From contig CBDEVQ010000112.1 in NCBI GenBank assembly GCA_965243605.1, forward strand, positions 2,325-66,324: a stretch of DNA of 64,000 nt, given 5' to 3'. Made by a program: the position numbers and the translations under genes. The notes under the pieces were generated by a model, which made no database searches, was not told the origin of the DNA, and saw nothing but the letters and a program-made list of their open reading frames with translations. Source of the stretch: Flavobacteriales bacterium. Its GTDB lineage: Bacteria; Bacteroidota; Bacteroidia; Flavobacteriales; CAJXXR01. This document shows, in pieces, positions 19,921 to 28,358 of this stretch (the first letter of the stretch is position 1; every line of letters begins with the position of its first letter).

Positions 19921-20727
19921 TTAAACAGTGTTGATAATATTATCAACACTGTTTTTGTTTTTATAAGTTCTGATTTTAATTTCTCTTTGACGATGCATCT
20001 GTTTTGGAGTGAGCATGTAACAGGAGTAATGAGGTCTAATATCATTATATATTCTTACGCTGTCTTTGACTAATCGTTTCATAATACTGATGGGTATTTT
20101 CCGGTCATAGCCCAAAAACTCTTGCTTTATAATTCCATTTATTCTTTCAGCAACAGCGTTAGCATATGGATCGTAGGATTCTGTCATGCTGCATTTTACA
20201 TTCCTTTTCCCTAATAGTTTCTGGTAATCATCGCTGCAATATTGAAGCCCTCGATCCGAGTGATGAATAAGCTCTTCCTTTTTATACAGTCTAGATTTAA
20301 CGGCCATGGATAAGGCTCTTAAAGAGCTTGCTGTACAGAGACTGTTAGACACGTCATAGCCAACGATTTTTTTTGAATAAGCATCGGTAATCAGAGCTAG
20401 ATACATTGGATTTTCGTGATTCCCAATATAGGTTATATCAGACACCCAAACTTGTTCTGGATGAACTATAGAAAGTTGAGCCACAATATTCTTGTGCTTA
20501 CGAAAACGATGATGTGAATCGGTTGTGATATGGTAAGATCGTTTTGGAATGATCTGCATATGATTTGCTTTTAAAATTGAAAATAACTTGTCCCTTCCTA
20601 CTTCCAGTTCCCTCAAACTATCTTGAAGAATATAATAGAGTTTACGTGTTCCGATACGCGGCATTTGTACACGAACAGCCTTCACTAGATCAACGACCTG
20701 TTGGGCTATTTGCTTTCGGTTGTACAT
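19921..20727 (-). CDS. IS3-family transposase OrfB (DDE integrase core), probably expressed as an OrfAB fusion
   Basis: DDE motifs VWVSDITYI, HHSDRGLQYCS and NAVAERINGIIKQE. This frame stays open upstream as far as the slippery site. There it encodes KKLLTRAIDDFKEEHQESITATCRLLGVSRQVYYRSLQ, a typical OrfB N-terminal HTH. Confidence 0.9.
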   Translation of the reverse strand: MYNRKQIAQQVVDLVKAVRVQMPRIGTRKLYYILQDSLRELEVGRDKLFSILKANHMQIIPKRSYHITTDSHHRFRKHKNIVAQLSIVHPEQVWVSDITYIGNHENPMYLALITDAYSKKIVGYDVSNSLCTASSLRALSMAVKSRLYKKEELIHHSDRGLQYCSDDYQKLLGKRNVKCSMTESYDPYANAVAERINGIIKQEFLGYDRKIPISIMKRLVKDSVRIYNDIRPHYSCYMLTPKQMHRQREIKIRTYKNKNSVDNIINTV

Positions 20728-20786
20728 TGATTGAAGGGAGCGATAATAAACCTGTCTACTTACCCCGAGTAATCTACAGGTAGCGG

Positions 20787-21221
20787 TTATGCTTTCTTGA
20801 TGTTCTTCTTTGAAGTCGTCGATTGCTCGGGTGAGGAGTTTTTTCGGATAGGTATATTATACTCTTTCTCTGCCATATCAATGATCATATCAAAAATGAT
20901 CGCTTTCTTATCTGCTTGTTCAACCTGTTTCTCAAGGTGAGCTTTCTGCTTCTCAAGTAATCGAACCTTTTGCTCTAACTCCAATAATTTCTGAGCTGGT
21001 GTTTTTGGCATATTTGAAGGTGTTTGGTTTTCCCAATCAAAGTTACCATATTTTCTGAGCCAATTTACTACTGTCGATCGTGATTGGATACCATATTTCC
21101 TAACAGCACCTGTCGTTGAAAGTTCTCCACGTTCAATTTCATTGATCACTTGAAGTTTAAAGGATAACGAGTAATCCTTTTGGCTACGCTTAACGTAATC
21201 CGTTTTTCCATCTTTATTCAT
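20787..21221 (-). CDS. IS3-family transposase OrfA (helix-turn-helix plus leucine-zipper-like coil)
   Basis: SFKLQVINEIERGELSTTGAVRKYGIQSRSTVVNWLRKYG HTH followed by a coiled region. I set the start at Met14 (MNKDGKT). The track ATG at 21258-21260 straddles the IS boundary. Confidence 0.88.
   Translation of the reverse strand: MNKDGKTDYVKRSQKDYSLSFKLQVINEIERGELSTTGAVRKYGIQSRSTVVNWLRKYGNFDWENQTPSNMPKTPAQKLLELEQKVRLLEKQKAHLEKQVEQADKKAIIFDMIIDMAEKEYNIPIRKNSSPEQSTTSKKNIKKA
20838..20844 (-). other. Programmed -1 ribosomal frameshift heptamer A_AAA_AAC
   Basis: The minus strand reads CGA AAA AAC in the orfA frame. The -1 frame opens only 4 codons upstream (after a TAA) and continues into orfB. 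Confidence 0.75.
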
Positions 21222-21234
21222 TACAGTTTTTTTT

Positions 21235-21259
21235 TGTAACGATATTTCAGGACGGGACA
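21235..21259. repeat. IS3 element terminal inverted repeat (orfA-proximal end)
   Basis: The reverse complement matches 19870-19894 at 20 of 25 positions. The element ends in CA on the plus strand. Confidence 0.8.
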
Positions 21260-21273
21260 TATTATAGATATAA

Positions 21274-21307
21274 AAGGTTGGTACATTTATGTATCAACCT
21301 TTTTTTT
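21274..21307 (+). terminator. Rho-independent terminator, probably the original sucC terminator displaced by the IS
   Basis: An 11-bp stem (AAGGTTGGTAC / GTATCAACCTT, one G-U pair), a 6-nt loop, then T8. It starts 14 nt after the IS right end. Confidence 0.65.
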
Positions 21308-21433
21308 GCTCTATACTTTTATATTGTATGTACCTAAATTAAAGACATAATTTTGAACTTATATATTATTTGTATTATATTCGCACCTATTGAAACATTG
21401 AACTCAATTAAATAATACCTAAACACACCTAAC

Positions 21434-21706
21434 ATGAAAAAATTTTTCGCACTTACAGCATTAGCATTAGCATCTTCAGTAGCATTAACATCTTGTAGTA
21501 AAGATGACGATTCATCAGATTCAAATAACGACGATTGTATAACTTGTTCGATATCTCAAGCAGGGGTTACTCTTTCTTCTGAAGTTTGCGATAACGGAGA
21601 TGGAACGATTACATTTACAGTAAATGGTACTGCTCCTCAAACAATAACTGCAGACTATGATACTTATGTAGCAGCTGCAGAAGCTGGAGGGTACTCTTGT
21701 AACTAA
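21434..21706 (+). CDS. Small secreted lipoprotein (90 aa) with four additional cysteines
   Basis: Signal peptide plus lipobox (ALTSC), an acidic D/S-rich linker, and Cys residues in CITC, VC and SC contexts. Confidence 0.65.
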   Translation: MKKFFALTALALASSVALTSCSKDDDSSDSNNDDCITCSISQAGVTLSSEVCDNGDGTITFTVNGTAPQTITADYDTYVAAAEAGGYSCN

Positions 21707-21776
21707 TACCTTGTCATCTTAAAGAAGACAACAACATAACCAAAAACAAAGAGTTCTGATATTCAATATAAAAAAA

Positions 21777-21804
21777 GCACCTTCATTAATGAAGGTGCTT
21801 TTTT
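21777..21804 (+). terminator. Rho-independent terminator of the small lipoprotein gene
   Basis: GCACCTTC / GAAGGTGC stem, ATTAAT loop, then T6. Confidence 0.7.
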
Positions 21805-21822
21805 ATTTAAAACATTTAAATA

Positions 21823-21866
21823 AAAACATAAGCCCAATAATTGTTTAATTATTGGGCTTATGTTTT
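21823..21866 (-). terminator. Perfect 20-bp-stem hairpin downstream of purF
   Basis: AAAACATAAGCCCAATAATT, GTTT loop, AATTATTGGGCTTATGTTTT. It lies 24 nt beyond the purF stop. Confidence 0.6.
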
Positions 21867-21889
21867 ATATATGTTTAAACCTCTTTCGT

Positions 21890-23791
21890 TTAATATGCTC
21901 TTTCGTTTTTACCTTCGTAATAATTCATTAAAGCACGGTTTACAACACGCTTTCCTCCTGGTGTAGGGTAATTTCCTGTAAAGTACCAATCTCCTGCGTC
22001 ATTCGGACAAGCTTCATGAAGTTGCTCTACAGATTGAAAGATAATTTCAACATCAGACTTCATTCCATTAGGTTTTAATAGTTCTGTTACCTTATTTGAA
22101 ATTTCTTCCTCTGAGAATGGAGAATAAATATCTTTTACATAATTTACAATCTCAGCATCGTCAAGGTTGGCTTGTTTTTTACACTTTTCATAAACTTCGT
22201 CTATAATATGTGCCATTCCTCGCTCTTTAAGAAGGGCTATTGCCGCTCTAAATGCAATAAAATCACCGAGTTTAGCCATGTCTATACCATAACAGTCTGG
22301 GTAACGAATTTGCGGTGCAGAAGATACAATAACGATTTTCTTAGCTTGCAGACGATCTAAAATTCTAAGGACCGAACGTTTTAAGGTTGTCCCACGAACA
22401 ATACTGTCATCAATAATAACTAAATTATCTGTAGGCTTAACTTCTCCGTAAGTAATATCATAAACTTGCCCAACTAAATTATCTCTACTACTATCGCTTG
22501 TAATAAAGGTTCTTAACTTAGCATCTTTTATAGCAATTTTCTCAATACGAGTTGTGGTTTGAATAATGTTCTTTATTTGGTCTTCTGTAGCAGAATTCCC
22601 TAAAGCCATTAATTCTTTTAGCTGTTTACTCTTAAGCGTAGATTCAACTTCTTTTACCATTCCGTAAAAACAAGTTTCAGCTGTGTTTGGTATAAATGAA
22701 AATACAGTATTGCGTATATCATCATTTACACTTTTTAAGATTTTAGGCACAACCAATTGTCCTAAGGCCTTACGTTCTTTGTAAATATCAGCATCATTTC
22801 CTCTTGAGAAGTAAATACGTTCAAAAGAACATGATTTTTTTTCTGCTTTAGGTGTAATTTGAACTGACTTTATTTCACCATTTCTTTTTACAATAATGGC
22901 TTGACCAGGCTCTACTTGTTTAATTTGAGAAGCATCAATATTAAACGCTGTTTGAATAACTGGACGTTCAGAAGCAACAACAAAAATTTCATCATCCTGA
23001 TAATAAAATGCAGGACGTATTCCATTAGAATCTCTCAACACAAATGAATCTCCATGTCCAAACATTCCAGAAATCACATAACCTCCATCCCACTTTTTAG
23101 CAGAATTCACTAGGATATCTTCAATATCTAAATGACGTTCTATGTTTTTAGAAATATCCTTTTTAGACATTCCCTCGTCCTTATAATCTTGGTATAGTTC
23201 ATTTACCTTTTCGTCAAGGAAATGTCCTATTTTTTCAAGAATAGTAATTGTATCCGCTTTTTCTTTAGGGTGTTGCCCAAGATCTACTAACTGTTGAAAA
23301 AGAACATCTACATTAGTCATATTGAAGTTACCCGCCAATACTAAGTTTCTACTCTTCCAGTTATTTTGTCTTAAAAATGGATGACATTGTTCTATACTAT
23401 TTCCGCCATACGTTCCATAACGCAAATGAGCTAAAAATAATTCTCCAGTAAATGGTGCATTTAACTTCAACCATTCTGGATCCATCATTTTTTCATCACC
23501 ATATTTTTCTCTAAGTATATCAAATCTATCCTCAATAGAGGTCATAATTTCACTTACAGAACTATTTCCAACAGCACGCTTACGACTAATGTAGCGGTAA
23601 CCAGGTGGTAAATCGAATTTAATGTTAGCTATTCCAGCTCCATCTTGTCCACGATTAACTTGCTTTTGCATAAGCATAGACATTTTCTGGAGCGCCCAAA
23701 ACGGATCATTATACTTTTCAATATAGTAATCTAAGGGCTTTAATAAGCGAAGCATCGCTATACCGCATTCATGATGCAAAGACTCAGTCAT
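21890..23791 (-). CDS. purF: Amidophosphoribosyltransferase (long Bacteroidota form)
   Basis: N-terminal nucleophile context HECGIAMLRL and a PRTase motif VIIDDSIVRGTT. Confidence 0.92.
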   Translation of the reverse strand: MTESLHHECGIAMLRLLKPLDYYIEKYNDPFWALQKMSMLMQKQVNRGQDGAGIANIKFDLPPGYRYISRKRAVGNSSVSEIMTSIEDRFDILREKYGDEKMMDPEWLKLNAPFTGELFLAHLRYGTYGGNSIEQCHPFLRQNNWKSRNLVLAGNFNMTNVDVLFQQLVDLGQHPKEKADTITILEKIGHFLDEKVNELYQDYKDEGMSKKDISKNIERHLDIEDILVNSAKKWDGGYVISGMFGHGDSFVLRDSNGIRPAFYYQDDEIFVVASERPVIQTAFNIDASQIKQVEPGQAIIVKRNGEIKSVQITPKAEKKSCSFERIYFSRGNDADIYKERKALGQLVVPKILKSVNDDIRNTVFSFIPNTAETCFYGMVKEVESTLKSKQLKELMALGNSATEDQIKNIIQTTTRIEKIAIKDAKLRTFITSDSSRDNLVGQVYDITYGEVKPTDNLVIIDDSIVRGTTLKRSVLRILDRLQAKKIVIVSSAPQIRYPDCYGIDMAKLGDFIAFRAAIALLKERGMAHIIDEVYEKCKKQANLDDAEIVNYVKDIYSPFSEEEISNKVTELLKPNGMKSDVEIIFQSVEQLHEACPNDAGDWYFTGNYPTPGGKRVVNRALMNYYEGKNERAY

Positions 23792-23871
23792 CTTCTATTT
23801 ACTTTAGGTTTGCACAAATTTAAAATTAATTATTCAGATTCCTTGTGTGTTATACCACTCAAATTTCATCC

Positions 23872-24642
23872 TTAATAAATGGGAAAGCGATTTCTAAACT
23901 CTATTTGTGGCTTTTTTTGAAGGGTTACAAGCATTATTTCTTCTTTATATTTAGGCAATTCTTTAATTATTTTACCTTTATAATCAATAGCCACCGAATG
24001 TCCAGAATATTTTATTGCTTTTGGTTCTTCACCAACGCGATTAACTCCAATAACATAAGATTGATTTTCTACAGCTCGTGCTTTTAATAACACATCCCAT
24101 GCTTCAATTCTTTTTTCAGGCCAATTCGCAACATAAAGTAAAAGATCGTATGGATTGTTTCCATTATTATAAGACCCTTTTGGGAATCTTAAATCATAAC
24201 ATATTTGTGGTTTAATTTTCCAATTCCTTACATGGAATATTTTTTGATCTGTTCCCCCTGTAATAAATTGATTTTCTTTCACTAAAGAGAATGTATGTAC
24301 TTTATCATAAAATTCAACTTCACCATCGAGGTTCCAATGGAAACATCGGTTATAAAATTTATTATCCTCATGAAACCAAACCGATCCAATGATAGAACAT
24401 TTATACGTTTTCGCCTATTCTGAAACCATAATAAACCCCGGATGAAGATAAGTCCATGCTAAAGCATTGGCCTCCATAGAAAACCCTGTTGTAAACATTT
24501 CTGGCAGTAGTAATACATCTAATTTATCCCTAAATTTTTCAAGCCCATTTTTTATTTTCAAAAGATTCTCTTTTGGAGATTCCCATTCTAGGTTCATTTG
24601 AAATATGCCAACATGCAACTGATCTTGATGTTTTAAAAGCAT
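23872..24642 (-). pseudogene. Nitrilase/C-N hydrolase superfamily amidohydrolase (YafV-like) interrupted by one in-frame TAG
   Basis: Track ORFs 24415-24642 and 23872-24282 are in the same frame. My translation across the gap reads ...GFIMVSE*AKTYKCSIIGSVWFHEDNKFYNRCFHWNLDGEVEFYDKVHTFSLVKENQF... Catalytic motifs LPEMF (Glu) and ICYDLRFP (Cys) are present. The total is 256 codons, about normal length. Confidence 0.8.
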
Positions 24643-25389
24643 CTATTTTAATTTTGATATATCAATATTCTCAAAGATATAATTATCACAATATAATTTT
24701 GCATGTTCTAACTTAGAGCTTGTATTAATCGTCCACCCTAGTACGGGAAGTTTCGACCTCATTTTAGTCACCGATTTATAAGGCAAATCTTCTATTTTAT
24801 ACCCTATAAAATCTGGTTTACTTAATCCTAGTGAAAGTAAATTTTTAGATATATACCGTTTATAGTAAGGTAATTTTACTTGATGGCACCTCGAAGCCAA
24901 ATGACCTCTAATCACTCCTGGTCTCTGTTTATAAAACCATCTTAAACTTCTAGGATTAAATGATTGTATAGCATATGCCCCTTTATAGGATTTTACAATT
25001 TCATACACAGTGTATTCAAAATAACCTACTTTACCTTTGTTCTTTATTTCAATAAGTATTGGCACCTCTCCGTTAACGACTTGTAAGACCTCAGAAAGGG
25101 TTGATATTTTCTCTTTGGTATTGCATAGATTCAGATCTTTTATTTCTTTAAGTGTTAAATCGGATACATTCGAATTCAAACCACACAATCTTAATGTATT
25201 ATAATCATGAAATACGATTACCTCTCCATCTTTTGTGAATACAATATCCAACTCTATAGCATAATTATTGTTTACGGCATTTCTAAATGCAAGCATACTA
25301 TTTTCTGGGATAAATTTATTCCCATCATACAATCCTCTATGTGCAATTGGTTTATTAACTAACCAATGTGTTATACCTACCCTAGACAT
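24643..25389 (-). CDS. Glycerophosphodiester phosphodiesterase family protein
   Basis: GDPD motifs IAHRG, ENSMLAF and ELDI. Its stop TAG abuts the ATG of the nitrilase-like gene. Confidence 0.85.
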   Translation of the reverse strand: MSRVGITHWLVNKPIAHRGLYDGNKFIPENSMLAFRNAVNNNYAIELDIVFTKDGEVIVFHDYNTLRLCGLNSNVSDLTLKEIKDLNLCNTKEKISTLSEVLQVVNGEVPILIEIKNKGKVGYFEYTVYEIVKSYKGAYAIQSFNPRSLRWFYKQRPGVIRGHLASRCHQVKLPYYKRYISKNLLSLGLSKPDFIGYKIEDLPYKSVTKMRSKLPVLGWTINTSSKLEHAKLYCDNYIFENIDISKLK

Positions 25390-25530
25390 GTTACATTTAT
25401 TTATTCTGGATATTCTAATATAAAGAAAATTATTAACTCATATTGAACCTATACCTTGTATAAAATAAACCAAAAAATAAAAATGTTGTTTATAAATGTC
25501 GTGAGTAGATATGAATAATAAGATGTTTAT

Positions 25531-25538
25531 TACTTTTG
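25531..25538 (+). promoter_or_regulatory. Candidate -7 box (TACTTTTG) for dapD
   Basis: Matches TAnnTTTG, 24 nt upstream of the ATG at 25562. It lies within the 5' extension of the track ORF. Confidence 0.4.
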
Positions 25539-25561
25539 TGATCTATTTTGAACATATAGAT

Positions 25562-26368
25562 ATGAGAACTATTATAGAGCAAGCATGGGAAGATCGTTCA
25601 TTATTAAACGATTCGAATGTACAAGATGCCATAAGACAAGTGGTCGCTGATTTAGATTTAGGGAAACTTAGAATTGCTGAACCTACAGAAGACGGTTGGA
25701 AAGTGAATGAATGGATAAAGAAAGCGGTTGTGCTTTATTTTCCGATTCAAAAAATGGAAACAATAGAGGTAGAACCTTTTGAGTTTCATGATAAGATTCC
25801 ATTAAAACGTAATTATGCAGAACTTGGTGTACGCGTTGTACCACATGCTATTGCAAGACATGGAGCCTTTTTAGCTCCTGGAGTTATCATGATGCCTTCT
25901 TATGTAAATATTGGAGCATATGTAGATTCTGGTACTATGGTTGATACTTGGGCTACTGTTGGTTCTTGTGCTCAAATTGGTAAAAATGTACACTTAAGTG
26001 GAGGAGTAGGAATAGGTGGTGTTTTAGAGCCTTTACAAGCTGCACCAGTTATTGTTGAAGACGATGCATTTATTGGTTCTAGATGTATTGTTGTTGAAGG
26101 GGTTAAAATTGGAAAAGAAGCTGTATTAGGTGCTAATGTTGTTTTAACGGCATCCACTAAAATTATTGATGTTACAGGAGACACTCCAAAAGAATATAAA
26201 GGAGAAGTTCCTTCTCGATCAGTTGTTATCCCAGGTTCGTATACAAAATCTTTCCCAGCTGGAGATTTTCAAGTACCTTGCGCTCTAATTATCGGGCAAC
26301 GTAAAGAAAGTACAGACAAAAAGACATCTCTTAATAATGCCCTAAGAGATTATTCGGTTTCTGTTTAA
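25562..26368 (+). CDS. dapD: 2,3,4,5-tetrahydropyridine-2,6-dicarboxylate N-succinyltransferase
   Basis: MRTIIEQAWEDRSLL N-terminus and left-handed beta-helix hexapeptide repeats. I trimmed the start from 25511. Confidence 0.9.
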   Translation: MRTIIEQAWEDRSLLNDSNVQDAIRQVVADLDLGKLRIAEPTEDGWKVNEWIKKAVVLYFPIQKMETIEVEPFEFHDKIPLKRNYAELGVRVVPHAIARHGAFLAPGVIMMPSYVNIGAYVDSGTMVDTWATVGSCAQIGKNVHLSGGVGIGGVLEPLQAAPVIVEDDAFIGSRCIVVEGVKIGKEAVLGANVVLTASTKIIDVTGDTPKEYKGEVPSRSVVIPGSYTKSFPAGDFQVPCALIIGQRKESTDKKTSLNNALRDYSVSV

Positions 26369-26382
26369 CACATTTAATAATC

Positions 26383-26787
26383 ATGATACAACGTATTCAA
26401 AGTATTTTACTTTTTATTTCCGTAATTACTACGGCTTGTTTTTTATTTGTTTTCCCATATTATATTACATTAGACGATGCGCCTATTATGGCCATGGATA
26501 ATATGATTTTATTAGGGTTAGGAGCAATAAGTATGATCTTAAGTTTAATAACTATATTTTTATTTAAAGATCGTAAAAAGCAAATGATGCTATGTACTGT
26601 TAATATAATTACAATTTTAATAACATGTGCTTGGGTTATTTACTCTATGTATACTATACAAGACACAATACAAGCAAATGGTTTTGGTGTTTACTTCATT
26701 GCATTTTCTTACATCGCAATTTCTTTCGCAAGAAAGAACATTAAGAAAGATCAAGCCTTAGTAGATTCTGTAGATCGTATCAGATAA
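26383..26787 (+). CDS. DUF4293-like small membrane protein (4 TM helices)
   Basis: MIQRIQSILLFISV N-terminus and four hydrophobic segments. Assigning it to DUF4293 relies on memory of that N-terminal pattern. Confidence 0.6.
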   Translation: MIQRIQSILLFISVITTACFLFVFPYYITLDDAPIMAMDNMILLGLGAISMILSLITIFLFKDRKKQMMLCTVNIITILITCAWVIYSMYTIQDTIQANGFGVYFIAFSYIAISFARKNIKKDQALVDSVDRIR

Positions 26788-26807
26788 AAAATAAAGAACA
26801 TAAAAAA

Positions 26808-26840
26808 GGGAACATTTTATATAAAATGTTCCCTTTTTTT
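26808..26840. terminator. Bidirectional rho-independent terminator
   Basis: GGGAACATTTTAT / ATAAAATGTTCCC palindrome flanked by A6 and T7. It lies between the convergent DUF4293-like and response-regulator genes. Confidence 0.75.
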
Positions 26841-26864
26841 ATGTTTAATAATTTCTAACTTGAT

Positions 26865-27545
26865 CTACTTAAAGGTATTTATCTTTACCGAAACCAAATT
26901 ATTAGATAAGGCAAACACTACTAATCCAGCAATATTTTTAACGCCTGTTTTAAGTATAAGATTATTTCGATGTCCTTCTACTGTTCTAGGGCTAATAGAA
27001 AGAGCCTCTGCAATTTCATTGGTTGAATATTCTTTACATATCAACTCCAACACTTCTTTTTCTCGTCTGGTTAAATACGCATTATCAAACTTAGATCGTG
27101 TCAATTTCTGAGTTGGATTCAATAACCCATCCTGAATATGTTTCATAACCTGCTGATCATAATAGAATCCCACTTCAAATACTTTCTTAATGGTCTTTAT
27201 CATTAATTCTGGCGTACTATTTTTAGCCAAATATCCAACAGCACCTAATGAAATCATATTCACTATAAAAGGTTTACTAAAATAACTTGTTAAGGCAATG
27301 ATTTTAATCTCAGGATATTCAGATCTTAATACTTTAGTGGTTTCAACGCCATTTAATTTAGGCATATTGAGATCTGTCACAATAATGTCTGGTAAAACAT
27401 TTTGATTCTTTAAGCGCTTCAATAAATCTTCTCCATCGCAAGCGTCAAATAAGATTTCAATATCTTTATCTAAACCCAATATAGATTTTAGACCTTGACG
27501 AAATAATAATTCATCGTCAACAATTGCTATTTTTAATTGTCTCAT
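26865..27545 (-). CDS. LuxR/NarL-family two-component response regulator
   Basis: Receiver domain (VDDE, VTDLNMP, LAK) plus a C-terminal LuxR HTH (LTRREKEVLELICKEYSTNEIAEALSISPRTVEGHR). Confidence 0.92.
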   Translation of the reverse strand: MRQLKIAIVDDELLFRQGLKSILGLDKDIEILFDACDGEDLLKRLKNQNVLPDIIVTDLNMPKLNGVETTKVLRSEYPEIKIIALTSYFSKPFIVNMISLGAVGYLAKNSTPELMIKTIKKVFEVGFYYDQQVMKHIQDGLLNPTQKLTRSKFDNAYLTRREKEVLELICKEYSTNEIAEALSISPRTVEGHRNNLILKTGVKNIAGLVVFALSNNLVSVKINTFK

Positions 27546-28358
27546 TATTGGTCATAGTCACAGTTTAATATAAAAGTCATACCTTCCTTAGGTTTACTTT
27601 TTATGTTTATCTCTCCTCCGATTATCAGAGCTCTACTTTTAATATTTTCTAATCCAATACCAGCTTTTTTATCCAGATTAGAGGTATCAAACCCTTTTCC
27701 ATTATCTGAATATTTTAAGGTAAAATGTGTAACATGTTCCGATAATTCAATAGTTACCTCTGAACTATCTCCATGTTTAAGTGAATTATTTAATTAGCTC
27801 TTGAATTATTCTAAAAATATGAAGATCATACATTTTATTATCCAAATGAATTTCTTCTAAATAATGATCTATTTTAAGTTCCGAATTCGCAATAAACTCT
27901 TCAAACAACTCCTCTAAAGCTGTAACCAATCCAAATTTAGATAGAACCGGTGGCAATAAATTATGTGCTATTGTTCTGGATTTATCTAATGTATGCGATA
28001 TAATATCTAGAATTCCATGAATAGATTTGGTTTGTTCTTCGGTAAATTCTGAGCTCCCTAATAAATAATGAGTAGACAAGCTTATTAAACTTAATTTAGA
28101 ACTAATCGCATCATGTAAATCTCTAGCGATACGCTTTCTTTCTTTTTCTTGAGCCGTAATGGTTGCTTGGATAATTCTGTTCTGATGACGAATCTCTTTT
28201 TCTTTAGATTCGATCTCTTTCTCTTTCTCTATCATTTTCTTTCTTGTACCAAAGAAAAATAGAATTAATCCGGTTACAAGAAGAATAATAAAAATGATCG
28301 CATAAATTAATCCCTCAATTATTATTTGCTCATCGTTTCTTTGCATATATATATTCAA
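27545..28358 (-). pseudogene. HisKA_3-type sensor histidine kinase disrupted by a +1 frameshift between the DHp and HATPase_c domains
   Basis: Track ORF 27786-28358 has the H-box ARDLHDAISSKL and ends ...IIQELIK*. My translation of the adjacent frame (27545-27790) gives NNSLKHGDSSEVTIEL...DNGKGF...GIGLENIKSRALIIGGEINIKSKPKEGMTF, covering the N, G1 and G2 boxes. Removing one A from ATTAAATAATTC restores QELINNSLKHG. The stop overlaps the RR start as TAATG. Confidence 0.8.

Larger units (their letters stand above)
19870..21259 (-). mobile_element. IS3-family insertion sequence (1390 bp) with orfA/orfB and a -1 frameshift
   Basis: Terminal inverted repeats begin 5'-TG and end CA-3' (20 of 25 positions match). 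It is flanked by a TAT/TAT direct repeat at 19867-19869 and 21260-21262. It contains an HTH orfA, a DDE orfB and an A_AAA_AAC slippery site. Confidence 0.88.

Noticed and set aside
23845-24087. Plus-strand 80-aa ORF overlapping the 3' part of the nitrilase-like gene.
   Set aside because: It is antisense to motif-bearing C-N hydrolase sequence, and its F/Y/I-rich translation is typical of shadow frames.
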